DNA from: an uncultured Methanomicrobiales archaeon
Lineage (GTDB): Archaea; Halobacteriota; Methanomicrobia; Methanomicrobiales; Methanospirillaceae
Length of the DNA: 64,000 bases
Reading direction: 5' to 3'
Assembly (NCBI GenBank): GCA_963697895.1
Contig: OY969100.1
Location: 1,280,001-1,344,000, forward strand
Shown here: positions 11,138-21,264 of the stretch, in pieces
Layout: the number at the start of each line of letters is the position of its first letter
How positions within the stretch are numbered: the stretch's first letter is position 1
Made by a program: the position numbers and the translations under genes
The notes under the pieces: model-generated
Told to the model about the DNA's origin: nothing
Seen by the model: only the letters and a program-made list of their open reading frames with translations
The model's database searches: none

Positions 11138-12169
11138 CTACTCCCGTGTATCGGTGATGACTCTCACCCTGTCTCCGAGGACGGTGAGCAAATCCTCCAC
11201 GAACTCATCCCATTGTACCGGCCGATCATCTATCCGGTGGGCAATCTCTGCCCCGATGTCGTCATCGCGCTCGTTCAGGACCTGCACGACAACTGACCCT
11301 GGTGCATAGGCCGGCTCCAGGATATGGTCGGCATCGCCGTCAACGATCCCGAAGACCGGGATTCCCCGGTGTGCGGTGATATGTCCGGAGACCGCTGTTG
11401 TATCGTCCCCGACGCTGACAATGCCGCAGACTCCTTCATCCATCCTCAGGTAGAGTTCATGACCACAGTGATCGATCAGGAGAACCCTGCCATTCCGTCT
11501 GATCCGGTCATTGAAGACGGGGGCCCGCATACGGATCATTCCGCTCTTGCACCAGGCACGGGCCAGATCACAGGACCCTGCACGCGACACCTTTTCGAGA
11601 CCGTGGGGTTTTGGGATAAGTCCGTGTACCGGAATCAGTGAACCGTTATGCGAACTCAGGCCGACTTCCGTGCCTGTGGCCCATCCGATCACGAGCCCGT
11701 TCACAAATACGGGTTCACCCGGGAGACACCCCCTTATGATACGTTCCGATGAACAGGACGCCGCGGGTGCCGAAACTGCCTCCATGGGAAAGCCGGTCAG
11801 GTTCGAGAGCTCTTCCGAAAGCGCCGGATCTCCACCGTTCCAGCGGTAGATAATCCGGCTTGCACACTCAACGTGGACAAGGCCCCGGTCCCCGAGCCTT
11901 CCGGCAATGATCCCGCCGAATATCCTGCCAGACTCACCCGTCTTCGCATGGTTTGCGAGGAAGACATTTCCTTCTAGTTCTCGGATCACAATACTGGGAG
12001 GTTTATCACCAAATTCGCAGGGGATCCCTGATTCCTCTGCGGCGGTTTGCGCCATCACCCCGGCAACGACAATCCGCCCGGGGTTGACTTCCGCCTGGAG
12101 GCGGCAGACATCTCCCCGATCAAAGACATCGGGGCCATGAACGACCATGACAGTCCCGGTTTTCATCAA
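11138..12169 (-). CDS. DUF2117 family methanogen protein
   Basis: VVHGPDVFD, AGVMAQTAAEESG, NHAKT, IRGCLPGEPVFVNG, VGDDTT, GIVDGD. Confidence 0.75.
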   Translation of the reverse strand: MMKTGTVMVVHGPDVFDRGDVCRLQAEVNPGRIVVAGVMAQTAAEESGIPCEFGDKPPSIVIRELEGNVFLANHAKTGESGRIFGGIIAGRLGDRGLVHVECASRIIYRWNGGDPALSEELSNLTGFPMEAVSAPAASCSSERIIRGCLPGEPVFVNGLVIGWATGTEVGLSSHNGSLIPVHGLIPKPHGLEKVSRAGSCDLARAWCKSGMIRMRAPVFNDRIRRNGRVLLIDHCGHELYLRMDEGVCGIVSVGDDTTAVSGHITAHRGIPVFGIVDGDADHILEPAYAPGSVVVQVLNERDDDIGAEIAHRIDDRPVQWDEFVEDLLTVLGDRVRVITDTRE

Positions 12170-12277
12170 TCTCCTCCAATCGCAGTTATTCCTCCAGCAT
12201 CGCTCGTACGCCTCTCTTTACTAGTAGAAGTACCTGTGTCCGGGTCCCCACTGTTCTTGCTGAACGGACAGTCCAGG

Positions 12278-13636
12278 TCAGGATCGGTTGTAATCATCAC
12301 TGAAACGGACGATATCGTCTTCCTCCAGGTACTCCCCGATCTGCACTTCGATCACCTCAAGCGGGATCTTCCCTGAATTTCCGAGCCGGTGCTGCATTCC
12401 TGCAGGTACAAAGGTGCTCTCGCCCTGCCGGAGCCGGAGTGCCCGGTCTTCAAGAATTACGTCCGCCGTTCCCGATACCACGATCCAGTGTTCGCTCCGG
12501 TGATGGTGCATCTGGAGGGAGAGCTTTTTACCCGGTTTGACCGTCACCCGCTTGATACGGAAGAAACCCGATCGTTCCAGTTCCGTGTAGGAACCCCAGG
12601 GGCGGTGCACCTGCCGGTGGAAGTCGGCGATCGGATCACCGCTTTCGCGGAACTTCTTCACGAGCTCGTTCACCCGCTCCGCATCCCGCATATCCGCAAT
12701 AAGAAGAGCATCCCCCGTGTCAACGACGACGGTGTCATGAATACCGATGAGGGCGGCCTGTTTCCCCGGAGCACAGACGAAGTTCCCCCGGGAATCAACG
12801 TACTCCGCTTTGCCGACATTCGCTCCCTCCTCACCCGCATGGAAGTCGTACCATGCCCGGAATGTACCGAGATCGGTCCATCGGGCATGGAGCGGCACGA
12901 CCGCAACTCGTGAAGAATATTCGAGGAGACCGTAATCGACGGAGACAGAGGGGAGCGCAGGAAAATCGAGCGTATCATCCGAGCAGAACCTCCGGTATAA
13001 CTCCGGCTGGTACTGTTTGAGCTCAGTGAAGAAGATCCCGGTCGAGAAGAGAAAAATCCCGCTGTTCCAGAGATATCCGGCATCCACATACTTCGCAGCG
13101 GTCTCGCGGTCTGGTTTTTCCCGGAATTCCCTGACCAGAAACCCCGGTAATACGGGCTCACCCGGGGCGATATAGCCGTAACCGGTCTCGGGCGAAACCG
13201 GGGAAACCCCGAACGTGATCAGATACCGGTCAGCGAGCACTGCAGCTTCCTCTATCGTAGGGAGTGCGGATGCATCGAGTTCGTGATCGCTCGGGAAGAT
13301 GGCGATCGTACTTTCGCCAAAGAGTTCCCGGATCTCCCGCATCGCCCAGGTGATCGCAGGGAGGGTATTCCTGCCGACCGGCTCCCGGAGTATCATACGG
13401 TCTTCTATCCGGGTTCCCAGTTCCTCCACCTGGTTTTTCACCAGGTACTGGTGCACCTCGTTGGTCACCACAAGTATGCTGTCGGGAGGAGAGATCCCCA
13501 GCGCACGCCGGTATGTTGCCTGGAAGAGAGATTCCCTGTTGATTTTGAGAAACTGTTTCGGGTAGTGCGTCCGGGAAAGAGGCCAGAGCCGGGTACCGGT
13601 GCCGCCCGCCAGGATGACCGATCGGATTGTTTTCAT
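12278..13636 (-). CDS. manC: mannose-1-phosphate guanylyltransferase / mannose-6-phosphate isomerase
   Basis: ILAGGTGTRLWPLSR, EPVGRNT, PETGYGYI, WNSG, C-terminal cupin RPWG...HHHRSEHW. Confidence 0.95.
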   Translation of the reverse strand: MKTIRSVILAGGTGTRLWPLSRTHYPKQFLKINRESLFQATYRRALGISPPDSILVVTNEVHQYLVKNQVEELGTRIEDRMILREPVGRNTLPAITWAMREIRELFGESTIAIFPSDHELDASALPTIEEAAVLADRYLITFGVSPVSPETGYGYIAPGEPVLPGFLVREFREKPDRETAAKYVDAGYLWNSGIFLFSTGIFFTELKQYQPELYRRFCSDDTLDFPALPSVSVDYGLLEYSSRVAVVPLHARWTDLGTFRAWYDFHAGEEGANVGKAEYVDSRGNFVCAPGKQAALIGIHDTVVVDTGDALLIADMRDAERVNELVKKFRESGDPIADFHRQVHRPWGSYTELERSGFFRIKRVTVKPGKKLSLQMHHHRSEHWIVVSGTADVILEDRALRLRQGESTFVPAGMQHRLGNSGKIPLEVIEVQIGEYLEEDDIVRFSDDYNRS

Positions 13637-13810
13637 TCACGCTCTGTATGCGTTATGGGACCTCGTTCGTCTTATCCATTGCTCTCACAACAAGCGCGAT
13701 AATTACCGGCATAGGATTCGTCACGAATTCCAAACCACTGTACGGAATGTTTTTATTCGTGATCGCTATTTATTGTTGAGCGGGAAGCAAAGGGGAATGG
13801 AGTTCATGCA

Positions 13811-14503
13811 ATGGGTTTGATCAGCGAGGAACCGCGGTACCGGGACAGGATCAGGGTATTTTCAGATCGGTACGAAGCCGGGAAACAGCTTGCCCTCTCG
13901 ATTTCGCGGCTGCAGTTCGCGGATGCGGTTGTCTGGGCGATCCCTGCCGGCGGAGTACCCATCGGGGTCGAACTTGCCCTCAGGCTCCGGGTACCCCTGA
14001 TGCTTGCGGTGGTGAGAAAGGTACAAATCCCCTGGAATACCGAGGCGGGATTCGGAGCGGTGACCTGGGACGAACGGGTCCATCTCAACGACCGTCTCCT
14101 GTCGGGACTCGGGTTATCGCCTGTAGAGATCGAAACCGCGATCGAAAGGGCAAAACGCAGTGTGAAGGAGCGGCTCACCCTTTTCGGAGCGGGTAAGTCG
14201 TTCCCTGATCTTACGGGGAAGTGCGCGATACTCGTAGACGACGGGCTTGCGTCGGGATATACCATGCTTGCTGCTGTGGATGGTGTAAAAGCCCTCTTTC
14301 CAACTGAAGTTATGGTGGCCGTGCCGACCGGATCGGCCGATGCAGTAAAAAGGGTTGCAGAGGTTGCGGATAGGGTAATTTGTCTCAATATCAGGACCAG
14401 TTACCGGTTTGCTGTTGCCGAAGCGTACGAAGAGTGGCATGATCTCTCCGATGCAGAGGTGCTCGTACAGCTTGGTCGTGTCCGGGACGCCGGCCTGTAC
14501 TGA
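13811..14503 (+). CDS. phosphoribosyltransferase family protein
   Basis: FSDRYEAG, AIPAGGVPIG, ILVDDGLASGYTM PRPP-binding motif. Confidence 0.88.
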   Translation: MGLISEEPRYRDRIRVFSDRYEAGKQLALSISRLQFADAVVWAIPAGGVPIGVELALRLRVPLMLAVVRKVQIPWNTEAGFGAVTWDERVHLNDRLLSGLGLSPVEIETAIERAKRSVKERLTLFGAGKSFPDLTGKCAILVDDGLASGYTMLAAVDGVKALFPTEVMVAVPTGSADAVKRVAEVADRVICLNIRTSYRFAVAEAYEEWHDLSDAEVLVQLGRVRDAGLY

Positions 14504-14604
14504 ACCCTGAAGAGAGGGAAGACGGTTTCGCACCAGAACTTCACATATTCTTTCATTGCACTAAAATAACAAGATATTGAGCCCGGTTTATAAGTCTGCA
14601 CATT

Positions 14605-15138
14605 TTATGAAAAAACGTGCTGGATCCTGTCCATGATAGTTGCAGCAGTCGTTGAGCGGTTCCTGAGCGTTACTTCGAACAGAATGACATCCGGGCGTTC
14701 TTTTATGGATTCGATGAATTCATCCCCTTTCCGGGCGATCGTGGCAATGCACACGATTTCAGAATCCAGGATCCAGATGATCTCCTGCCGGAACAGGGCT
14801 GACAGGCACTCCATCTTTCCGATTTCATCGATGATGATGAGCCGGTTTCCCGGATCACGGAGGCGCCGGTTCCCGAAAAAGGCCTCGAAAGCCCCGAGAT
14901 CGACCGCATATTTTCCCACCCGGTACGGGCTCCGCACGGAGATGTGCGAGAGCACCCGTCGTTCCCCATCCAGGCCGACCAGCGCAAAGCCGACCCGCGG
15001 ACCTGTTTCCCGTATCTCCTCGGTGAAAAATCCCACCGGCCGGAGCGACTCCAGCTCGCCGGCGAGGTGACGGATGATCGTCGTTTTGCCGACCCCCGGC
15101 ACTCCGGTAATAAGGATATTCTTCTGCTTTGTCTCCAT
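14605..15138 (-). CDS. NTPase (THEP1/NTPase_1 family)
   Basis: ITGVPGVGKTT, GFFTEEIRE, RVGKYAV, IIIDEIGKME. Confidence 0.9.
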   Translation of the reverse strand: METKQKNILITGVPGVGKTTIIRHLAGELESLRPVGFFTEEIRETGPRVGFALVGLDGERRVLSHISVRSPYRVGKYAVDLGAFEAFFGNRRLRDPGNRLIIIDEIGKMECLSALFRQEIIWILDSEIVCIATIARKGDEFIESIKERPDVILFEVTLRNRSTTAATIMDRIQHVFS

Positions 15139-15167
15139 ATGTGTGCGGTCCTTTCCCGGATCTCAAT

Positions 15168-15599
15168 TCATCTCATCATGATCTGTATTGCGGTAGGATA
15201 CGCTCGCATGATGGCATAGACGATCGGTTTTCCCACCCAGAGTTTCCCCCCTTCCATATTCCGGAGCGGTGAAATCTCCGCGAGCTCCTGGAGGGCGAAG
15301 ACCGCATACTCATCGTTCAGGAAACAACTGTCACTGACCGTCGAATCAAAGAAGAAGAGGATCGGGAGTTTGAGACGGGAGTGCAGTTTTTTTGGGAGCT
15401 CTCTCCCGAGCAACCGGATTATATCCCGGGAAAAACGGTACTCCTTTCCTCCCTTCGTCATCGCATGAGGATCTTCCTCCTCGAGGAGGCGGGCAAGCGT
15501 CTTTCGCTCCGTAACGATCCCGTCATTGATCTTCCCCATCTCGAGCTGCATCCACCTCATGAGAACGGTTTCGTCGCTGATGGAAGGACGGCCGGGCAT
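15168..15599 (-). CDS. DUF61 (UPF0216) family protein
   Basis: RKTLARLLEEEDP...LKLPILF archaeal DUF61 pattern. Confidence 0.75.
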   Translation of the reverse strand: MPGRPSISDETVLMRWMQLEMGKINDGIVTERKTLARLLEEEDPHAMTKGGKEYRFSRDIIRLLGRELPKKLHSRLKLPILFFFDSTVSDSCFLNDEYAVFALQELAEISPLRNMEGGKLWVGKPIVYAIMRAYPTAIQIMMR

Positions 15600-15793
15600 C
15601 TGGATCACCATCACAGAATGGGATCGGTTCCCATAAATCTTTGGCATTCCGGCAAGGATCCACCCGGACGTACAATGATTGTATAACGGTTTATTCTGTT
15701 GTCATAAAGTTTCAGCGTCGTTCTCATTCCCGTTGGATTGACCCGTTGAGTCGTTCCATATCTTGATAATGCCGGAACAACGAGAGAAGAGTA

Positions 15794-17452
15794 ATGATCA
15801 CTGCTCTCTTTGTCGATCCGGATTCCCCGATAGAACAGAGGATTATTCGGAGGGTGGAAGATCAGGGAGACATCGGCGTTGTACCGGTAAACGCAATTAC
15901 CGATGCACGGGAACGTCTGCGCCGGGAAGAATATAGTGTTCTGGTCTGGTTTGGCCGGGCAGGCGACACGCGGGGGATCGAATTCATCAAAGAACTGCAA
16001 TCCATCCCCATCCGGATACCCTCTGTCCTGATCACGGATCGGATGGTTAACGCAATCGCATCCATCGCTTTGAATGCAGGTCTGTCCTGTTATCTCTGGG
16101 ATAGTTCTGCAGAACACTTTCCCGATCTCCTTGCATCAGTCATCAGAAATCAGGTCCTCCAGTGGCAGATCACCGAGAGGCTGCGGAAGGACAATGCCCT
16201 GATGCGGGTACTCCATGATGCATCTCCGCTCGCTACCTGTGTCGTGAAGGATCATCGCATCATATGGATGAACGAACTGATGCCCCGGATACTTGGGTAT
16301 CAGGAATGTGACCTGATCGGGATCGATCCGCTCCGGCTTATCCCCGATGAGGCGGAGCACCGCCGCATAGATGAAGCGTTATATGAGGGGCCAAAGGAAG
16401 GGGAATGGCGATCTGTTGAGTGCCATCTCAAGCGGCAGGATAATTCCCTGTTGCACGTTCATATCCTGGCGAAACTTCTGGATCCCGACGACCCATCCGG
16501 TGGCTTCATGATAATCGGCCAGGATATCACCGCGTTCACCCGGATGAAAGACCTGCTCAGGCAGAGCGAGGTGAGATATCAGCATCTGATGGACAGCGCA
16601 AACAGCATTGTTCTCCGGATTGATACCGGGGGATTCATACGGTTTGTGAACAGGTTCGGCGAGGAGTTCTTCGGGTTTCCCGCAGGCGAACTGATCGGCA
16701 AACACGTCGTCGGGACGATTATTCCCCGGAAATCGCGGAGTGGCCGGGATCTTTCGGCCATGATACGGGATGTGATGAACAACCCTGCAGAATATGAGGT
16801 AAACGTCAATGAAAATATGAAGAGGGACGGGGAACGGGTCTGGATTGCGTGGACAAACAAGGCCATACGGGACGAACAGGGGAAGATCCTGGAGATGCTC
16901 GCCATAGGGACCGATATCACCGACCGGCAACTGGATGTAGCCGATATCCAGATCTCAACCGCCCCGTGGACAAAAAAAGTCATCGCGGATACCGATATCG
17001 ACGAGCCGGTCTTTTCTGCAGTGTATTCTCTGTCTCTCGAGATATCCAAGGAAGGACGGGAAGGAAAACACATCGGGACGACATTTCTTCTCGGGGACGC
17101 GAAGAATGTGCTGGCGAAATCGACCCAGCTGATCCTGAACCCGTTCGAAGGGCACCCGGCCGCATCGAAGATGATAACAAACCCGGAGATCCGGGAAACG
17201 CTGAAGGAATTATCCCCGATAGACGGTGCTTTTGTCATATGCGGGGATGGAGTGGTCGAGGCGGCCGGGAGGTACATCACGATAGATACAAGCAGGGCGA
17301 CCATCCCGCGGGGGCTCGGTACCCGCCATGCATCCGTCGCAGGGATCACGCAGGAAACGAAAGCGATCGGGATCGTTGTTTCTCAGAGCGGTGGCCGGAT
17401 ATCCATTTTCAAGGACGGGCGGATATTCCGGGTGATACGCGTCAACGAATGA
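15794..17452 (+). CDS. pseudo-receiver + PAS + PAS + DisA_N diadenylate cyclase
   Basis: two PAS/PAC units ending in QDIT and TDIT; DacZ-type catalytic domain EGREGKHIGT...SPIDGAF...GLGTRHAS...VSQSGG. Confidence 0.88.
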   Translation: MITALFVDPDSPIEQRIIRRVEDQGDIGVVPVNAITDARERLRREEYSVLVWFGRAGDTRGIEFIKELQSIPIRIPSVLITDRMVNAIASIALNAGLSCYLWDSSAEHFPDLLASVIRNQVLQWQITERLRKDNALMRVLHDASPLATCVVKDHRIIWMNELMPRILGYQECDLIGIDPLRLIPDEAEHRRIDEALYEGPKEGEWRSVECHLKRQDNSLLHVHILAKLLDPDDPSGGFMIIGQDITAFTRMKDLLRQSEVRYQHLMDSANSIVLRIDTGGFIRFVNRFGEEFFGFPAGELIGKHVVGTIIPRKSRSGRDLSAMIRDVMNNPAEYEVNVNENMKRDGERVWIAWTNKAIRDEQGKILEMLAIGTDITDRQLDVADIQISTAPWTKKVIADTDIDEPVFSAVYSLSLEISKEGREGKHIGTTFLLGDAKNVLAKSTQLILNPFEGHPAASKMITNPEIRETLKELSPIDGAFVICGDGVVEAAGRYITIDTSRATIPRGLGTRHASVAGITQETKAIGIVVSQSGGRISIFKDGRIFRVIRVNE

Positions 17453-17558
17453 GTGCTCATAGGGAATCTGCTCTCTGCATCCGGATAACGATTCCCGGAT
17501 TTACGGGCATCGGCAAGATTCCGTGAATTCATTCAATGGGGGAAAAGGTAAAGGAGAT

Positions 17559-18350
17559 TTAAGATTGATCCCGTTTCGAATGGTCCGGGAACGCGATCCC
17601 AGGCCTCAATACAACAAATGAGTCCGGCAGATTTTCCACCATCCGCCTGGCGATCTCAATCGGGATCCCCATTGCCATCGTATCCGGGGGAATGGATCCA
17701 TTCTGCGTCGGATCCTGGGGACCCACGAATGCCGTATTTTTCGGCGCATGTTCCGCCATACCTGCCGGATAAGTGATGTACGTCGCACACGACGGGCCCC
17801 AGGGGACGATGACCGGAGAGAATGGGTCATCCCGATCGAAATGCACGAGGGCCGCGAGGTTCCGGACCTGCTCTGCCGAGCCGAAACAACAGAGGGAACG
17901 TACCCCGGGGTCTTTCTCCGGAACCGCCTCGCAGGCCTGGACGACAAGGTATTTCCCCGGCGGCGTGATCTTTCCGACGGCCTTGAAGCTCTTCTCCACC
18001 ATCTCCGGGCTCGACTTCAGGTGCTCCGCCGCCCCTCCCCGGACATCCTTCTTCCCTGTGGAGACGAAATAATTGATATACCCGGGTTTTTCCATGAACC
18101 CCGTGTGGGAGAGCCCCCCGGGACAACACCCTTCGGATGCGTCTTTTCCGATGTAGATCGCCGGAATATCCCGCCTGATTGCCATCCGGTACAGAGAGAC
18201 GGCAAAACACCGATCCACCTCCGACAACCGGACTGCATCGCCGGGGATGCTATCCGACCCATATACCGCAAGTGGTCGTGCCCTGAACCGGAATGCTTCC
18301 GTGAGCCGCTCACCAATCTTCCGAATCGTTAATTGATCCATTTTTGTCAC
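17559..18350 (-). CDS. DUF169 family protein
   Basis: CPGGLSHTGF, WGPSCATYITYP, GPQDPT patterns. Confidence 0.65.
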   Translation of the reverse strand: MTKMDQLTIRKIGERLTEAFRFRARPLAVYGSDSIPGDAVRLSEVDRCFAVSLYRMAIRRDIPAIYIGKDASEGCCPGGLSHTGFMEKPGYINYFVSTGKKDVRGGAAEHLKSSPEMVEKSFKAVGKITPPGKYLVVQACEAVPEKDPGVRSLCCFGSAEQVRNLAALVHFDRDDPFSPVIVPWGPSCATYITYPAGMAEHAPKNTAFVGPQDPTQNGSIPPDTMAMGIPIEIARRMVENLPDSFVVLRPGIAFPDHSKRDQS

Positions 18351-18626
18351 ACCGGGGATTTGATCCCATCGAAGGGGTTGTCGTATTCTGTTCGCATAAA
18401 GGTACGTATACGAAACAGGTGGTACAGAAAGAAACCCCCGTACATTCGCGACCTTATTTGTGCGAAGAGGGCGCTATGGAAGGGTAATCCGGGTAATCAA
18501 TGTGAATAAAAATGGGGCCAATAACACGATCTAACGAGATCCCCCTTTATACCAGGCATGAAAGGGAGAGAATTTATTTCAAAATGTAATGTTTTTTTCA
18601 ATCCATAAATTACCCCTCTGAAAACA

Positions 18627-19829
18627 TTACCGGATTCTTTCCCCATGCTGGGAGAGATCCAGACCGACATATTCCTCTTCCTCGGTCACCCGCAGACCGA
18701 TGACCTTCCCCATGATAAGTGCAATCAGATAGGTGACCACAAACGCATAGATCATTACAGAGATCGCTCCTATCAGGTTTGCAGTGAACTGGTGTACATT
18801 CCCTTCAAGGAGACCGGAATAGCTGTTCACCGCCGTCGATGCAAATATTCCCGTGGCAATCATCCCCCATAATCCCCCAATACCATGCACTGCCCATGCG
18901 TCAAGGCTCTCATCCATTCCTGCCCGGAGCCTCCAGCTCATTGCGGCATAACACACGCCCCCCGCAACGACTCCTATCACCACGGCACTCAGCGGTGTGA
19001 CATATCCCGCTGCCGGAGTTATTGCGCCGAGACCCGCAATCGCGCCCGTGATCATCCCGAGCGAACTCGGCCTCCCCTTCCACCAGCTGATAACCAACCA
19101 TGCAAGGAGTCCGGCCGCGGCCGAAATGTTGGTGACAACGATCGCGTTCACCGCGAGATCATTGGCCGCCAGGGCGCTCCCGCCGTTGAAACCGAACCAG
19201 CCGAACCAGAGCAGTGCAGCCCCCAGCAGCGTCATCGGGATGTTGTGCGGTTCCATCGAGTACTCCCCGAATCCCGTCCGTTTCCCGATGACCAATGCGA
19301 GTGCCAGTGCCGCAAACCCTGCGTTTATATGAACGACCGCACCGCCGGCAAAATCGATCACCCCGAACTGCTGCGCCCAGCCGCCACCCCATATCCAGTG
19401 GGCCACCGGGTCATACACTATGGTTGTCCAGATCAGACAGAAGATAATGAACGCGCTGAGTTTTATCCGTTCAGCAAAGCCTGAGGAAACAATGGCTACC
19501 GTGACCGCAGCGAAGGTCATCTGGAACAGCATGAAGAGCAGGGGGGGGTACGCACCGGTTCCCGAGCTCATACTTACTCCCATCAGGCCAAGGAAATCAA
19601 GGTTCCCAGTAATAGAGGCGACATCACTCCCGAACGCAATGGTATACCCGAGGAACATCCACTGAATGGTCACCAGTGCAAAGGCAATGAAAGACAAGGT
19701 GACCATTGCGATAAAGTTCTTTTTCCGTACCAGTCCGCCGTAAAAAAATCCGACTCCGGGCGTCATCAGCATGACGAGCGCGGTCGCGGTGATGAGCCAT
19801 CCAATTGCTGCACTGCTTTCTGCAACCAA
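18627..19829 (-). CDS. amtB: ammonium transporter
   Basis: [69 protein letters not shown]; TTG start with GGAGG upstream. Confidence 0.95.
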   Translation of the reverse strand: MVAESSAAIGWLITATALVMLMTPGVGFFYGGLVRKKNFIAMVTLSFIAFALVTIQWMFLGYTIAFGSDVASITGNLDFLGLMGVSMSSGTGAYPPLLFMLFQMTFAAVTVAIVSSGFAERIKLSAFIIFCLIWTTIVYDPVAHWIWGGGWAQQFGVIDFAGGAVVHINAGFAALALALVIGKRTGFGEYSMEPHNIPMTLLGAALLWFGWFGFNGGSALAANDLAVNAIVVTNISAAAGLLAWLVISWWKGRPSSLGMITGAIAGLGAITPAAGYVTPLSAVVIGVVAGGVCYAAMSWRLRAGMDESLDAWAVHGIGGLWGMIATGIFASTAVNSYSGLLEGNVHQFTANLIGAISVMIYAFVVTYLIALIMGKVIGLRVTEEEEYVGLDLSQHGERIR

Positions 19830-19851
19830 TCAAATCCCCTCCATTATAGAA

Positions 19852-19865
19852 GGAAGTGATCTTCT
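19852..19865 (-). promoter_or_regulatory. candidate NrpR nitrogen operator
   Basis: GGAA-gtgatc-TTCT, one mismatch to GGAA-N6-TTCC, between a TTATAA box (19871-19876) and the amt start. Confidence 0.55.
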
Positions 19866-19898
19866 TTTTCTTATAAGAATAGCGAATTGATCCGGAGG

Positions 19899-20204
19899 TT
19901 ATCGTGGTTCCCGGGAACAATTCAGGAAAAATTCAAAATCCTGTTCTGTGACCGTTATCTCGATAAGACAGGTCCCTCTGCATCTCCGGGTAAATGGAAG
20001 AAGCATCTTCCTTTTCTTCCGCCTGAAGCCCACGAGCATGGGTGATTCCAGCGAAATTAAGGTGTCTCTGAATACCACAGCGTCCGGAGGGATTTCATGA
20101 TATTCCGTGCAGGTTTTTCTTACGTACTCATTTACCCGCTCCGGAGTGACATCCTCCAATACGAATTTTCCCCCGAAGTTGTTGATACACCGGAGAACCA
20201 TCAT
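19899..20204 (-). CDS. DUF1894 family protein
   Basis: RCINNF...FVLEDVT...LLPFTRRCRGTCLIEI resembles the methanogen DUF1894 pattern. Confidence 0.65.
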   Translation of the reverse strand: MMVLRCINNFGGKFVLEDVTPERVNEYVRKTCTEYHEIPPDAVVFRDTLISLESPMLVGFRRKKRKMLLPFTRRCRGTCLIEITVTEQDFEFFLNCSREPR

Positions 20205-20385
20205 CCTTCCCTCTCCCGCGAGGTAAAAATATTTTTCTTCGGTGCTGCCACCGTATACAACCGGGATCGGGAGAGGATTACCGATGAAATCTTCCCTGGA
20301 CAGGGGGTTTCGAACAGTTTCGGATCGAGGCCTTGGGGCGGAAGGGTCCTCGCACCCTAATCAAAAAATGTGACATATCGCGTTT

Positions 20386-21000
20386 TCAGAGTTTCTCTTC
20401 CAGCAGTGCGCGGATAATCCTTAATTCCTCGAGGATTTGCGTGTCCGTTGTTTTACCCGCGATGGGGGTTGGCGTCGAACCGGTCCCGGTCCCGTCACCG
20501 CCTGCGGCACAGCTTCGCACCATGGTGCGGATGAGTTCCCGGAGTTCTTCCGCATGCACAATCCCCTCGATACTGATCTCTGCCTGGGCCTTGCCCGAAT
20601 ACCCTGCGGTCTGGATGGAAAGCGTGGAAATGCTGAGGACCCGCATGACAGGTCCCTGCCTGATGTCAATATTCGTGATCCGGTTATACGGAACGATGCC
20701 CGTTCTCCGGAACAGTACTCCCCGCCGCCACCGCATCTCGTCCCGGTGGAGCTCGTACCACATGCTCTCATAGTAGAGCTTCGTCCAGACGATAAAAAGA
20801 ACGACGCCCGCGGCAATTCCTCCAATAATAGCATAGATGGTTGCAAGGCCGACCGCCGTGAACATGATGACCGGGAGGAATGCGACCACGATGACGAAGA
20901 GTACCAGGAGAAGGAAGTTCGTGATGAACCAGGTAACCAGCGAAGGTGAGGGTTTGAACGGTGCATTCAGGGGAAAATACTCACTGTCCATACTATTCAT
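20386..21000 (-). CDS. membrane protein with bacterial PH domain (bPH_2/YdbS-like)
   Basis: two TM helices, then RRGVLFRRTGIVPYNRITNIDIRQGPVMR...IQTAG. Confidence 0.85.
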   Translation of the reverse strand: MNSMDSEYFPLNAPFKPSPSLVTWFITNFLLLVLFVIVVAFLPVIMFTAVGLATIYAIIGGIAAGVVLFIVWTKLYYESMWYELHRDEMRWRRGVLFRRTGIVPYNRITNIDIRQGPVMRVLSISTLSIQTAGYSGKAQAEISIEGIVHAEELRELIRTMVRSCAAGGDGTGTGSTPTPIAGKTTDTQILEELRIIRALLEEKL

Positions 21001-21190
21001 GGGAAAGTGACCCCGATAAGAGTATCGTGTCGCAGAACTGGATTATAGAAAAGGGAACAGGATACAGACAGAAAATAGTGCAAACATAGGCCCGGAGTTT
21101 ACGAAAACTTTTCATAAAAAGTGCAGTAATTTCTTAGATATACTAAAATCCGGTTTAAAAGGAGATTTCCCTGAATTCAGAGCGTAACAA

Positions 21191-21264
21191 TGGGCTCGAG
21201 GAGATTCGAACTCCTGACCTCCGCCATGTCAAGGCGACGTCATAGCCAGCTAGACCACGAGCCC
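21191..21264 (-). tRNA. tRNA-Val(GAC)
   Basis: GGGCTCG acceptor stem, D-arm GTCTAGCTGGCTATGAC, anticodon stem-loop CGCC-TTGACAT-GGCG, T-loop GTTCGAAT; CCA not encoded. Confidence 0.95.

Noticed and set aside
21191-21264. tRNA-Val as an integration site for an island
   Set aside because: I noticed no integrase and no duplicate of the tRNA 3' end in the window
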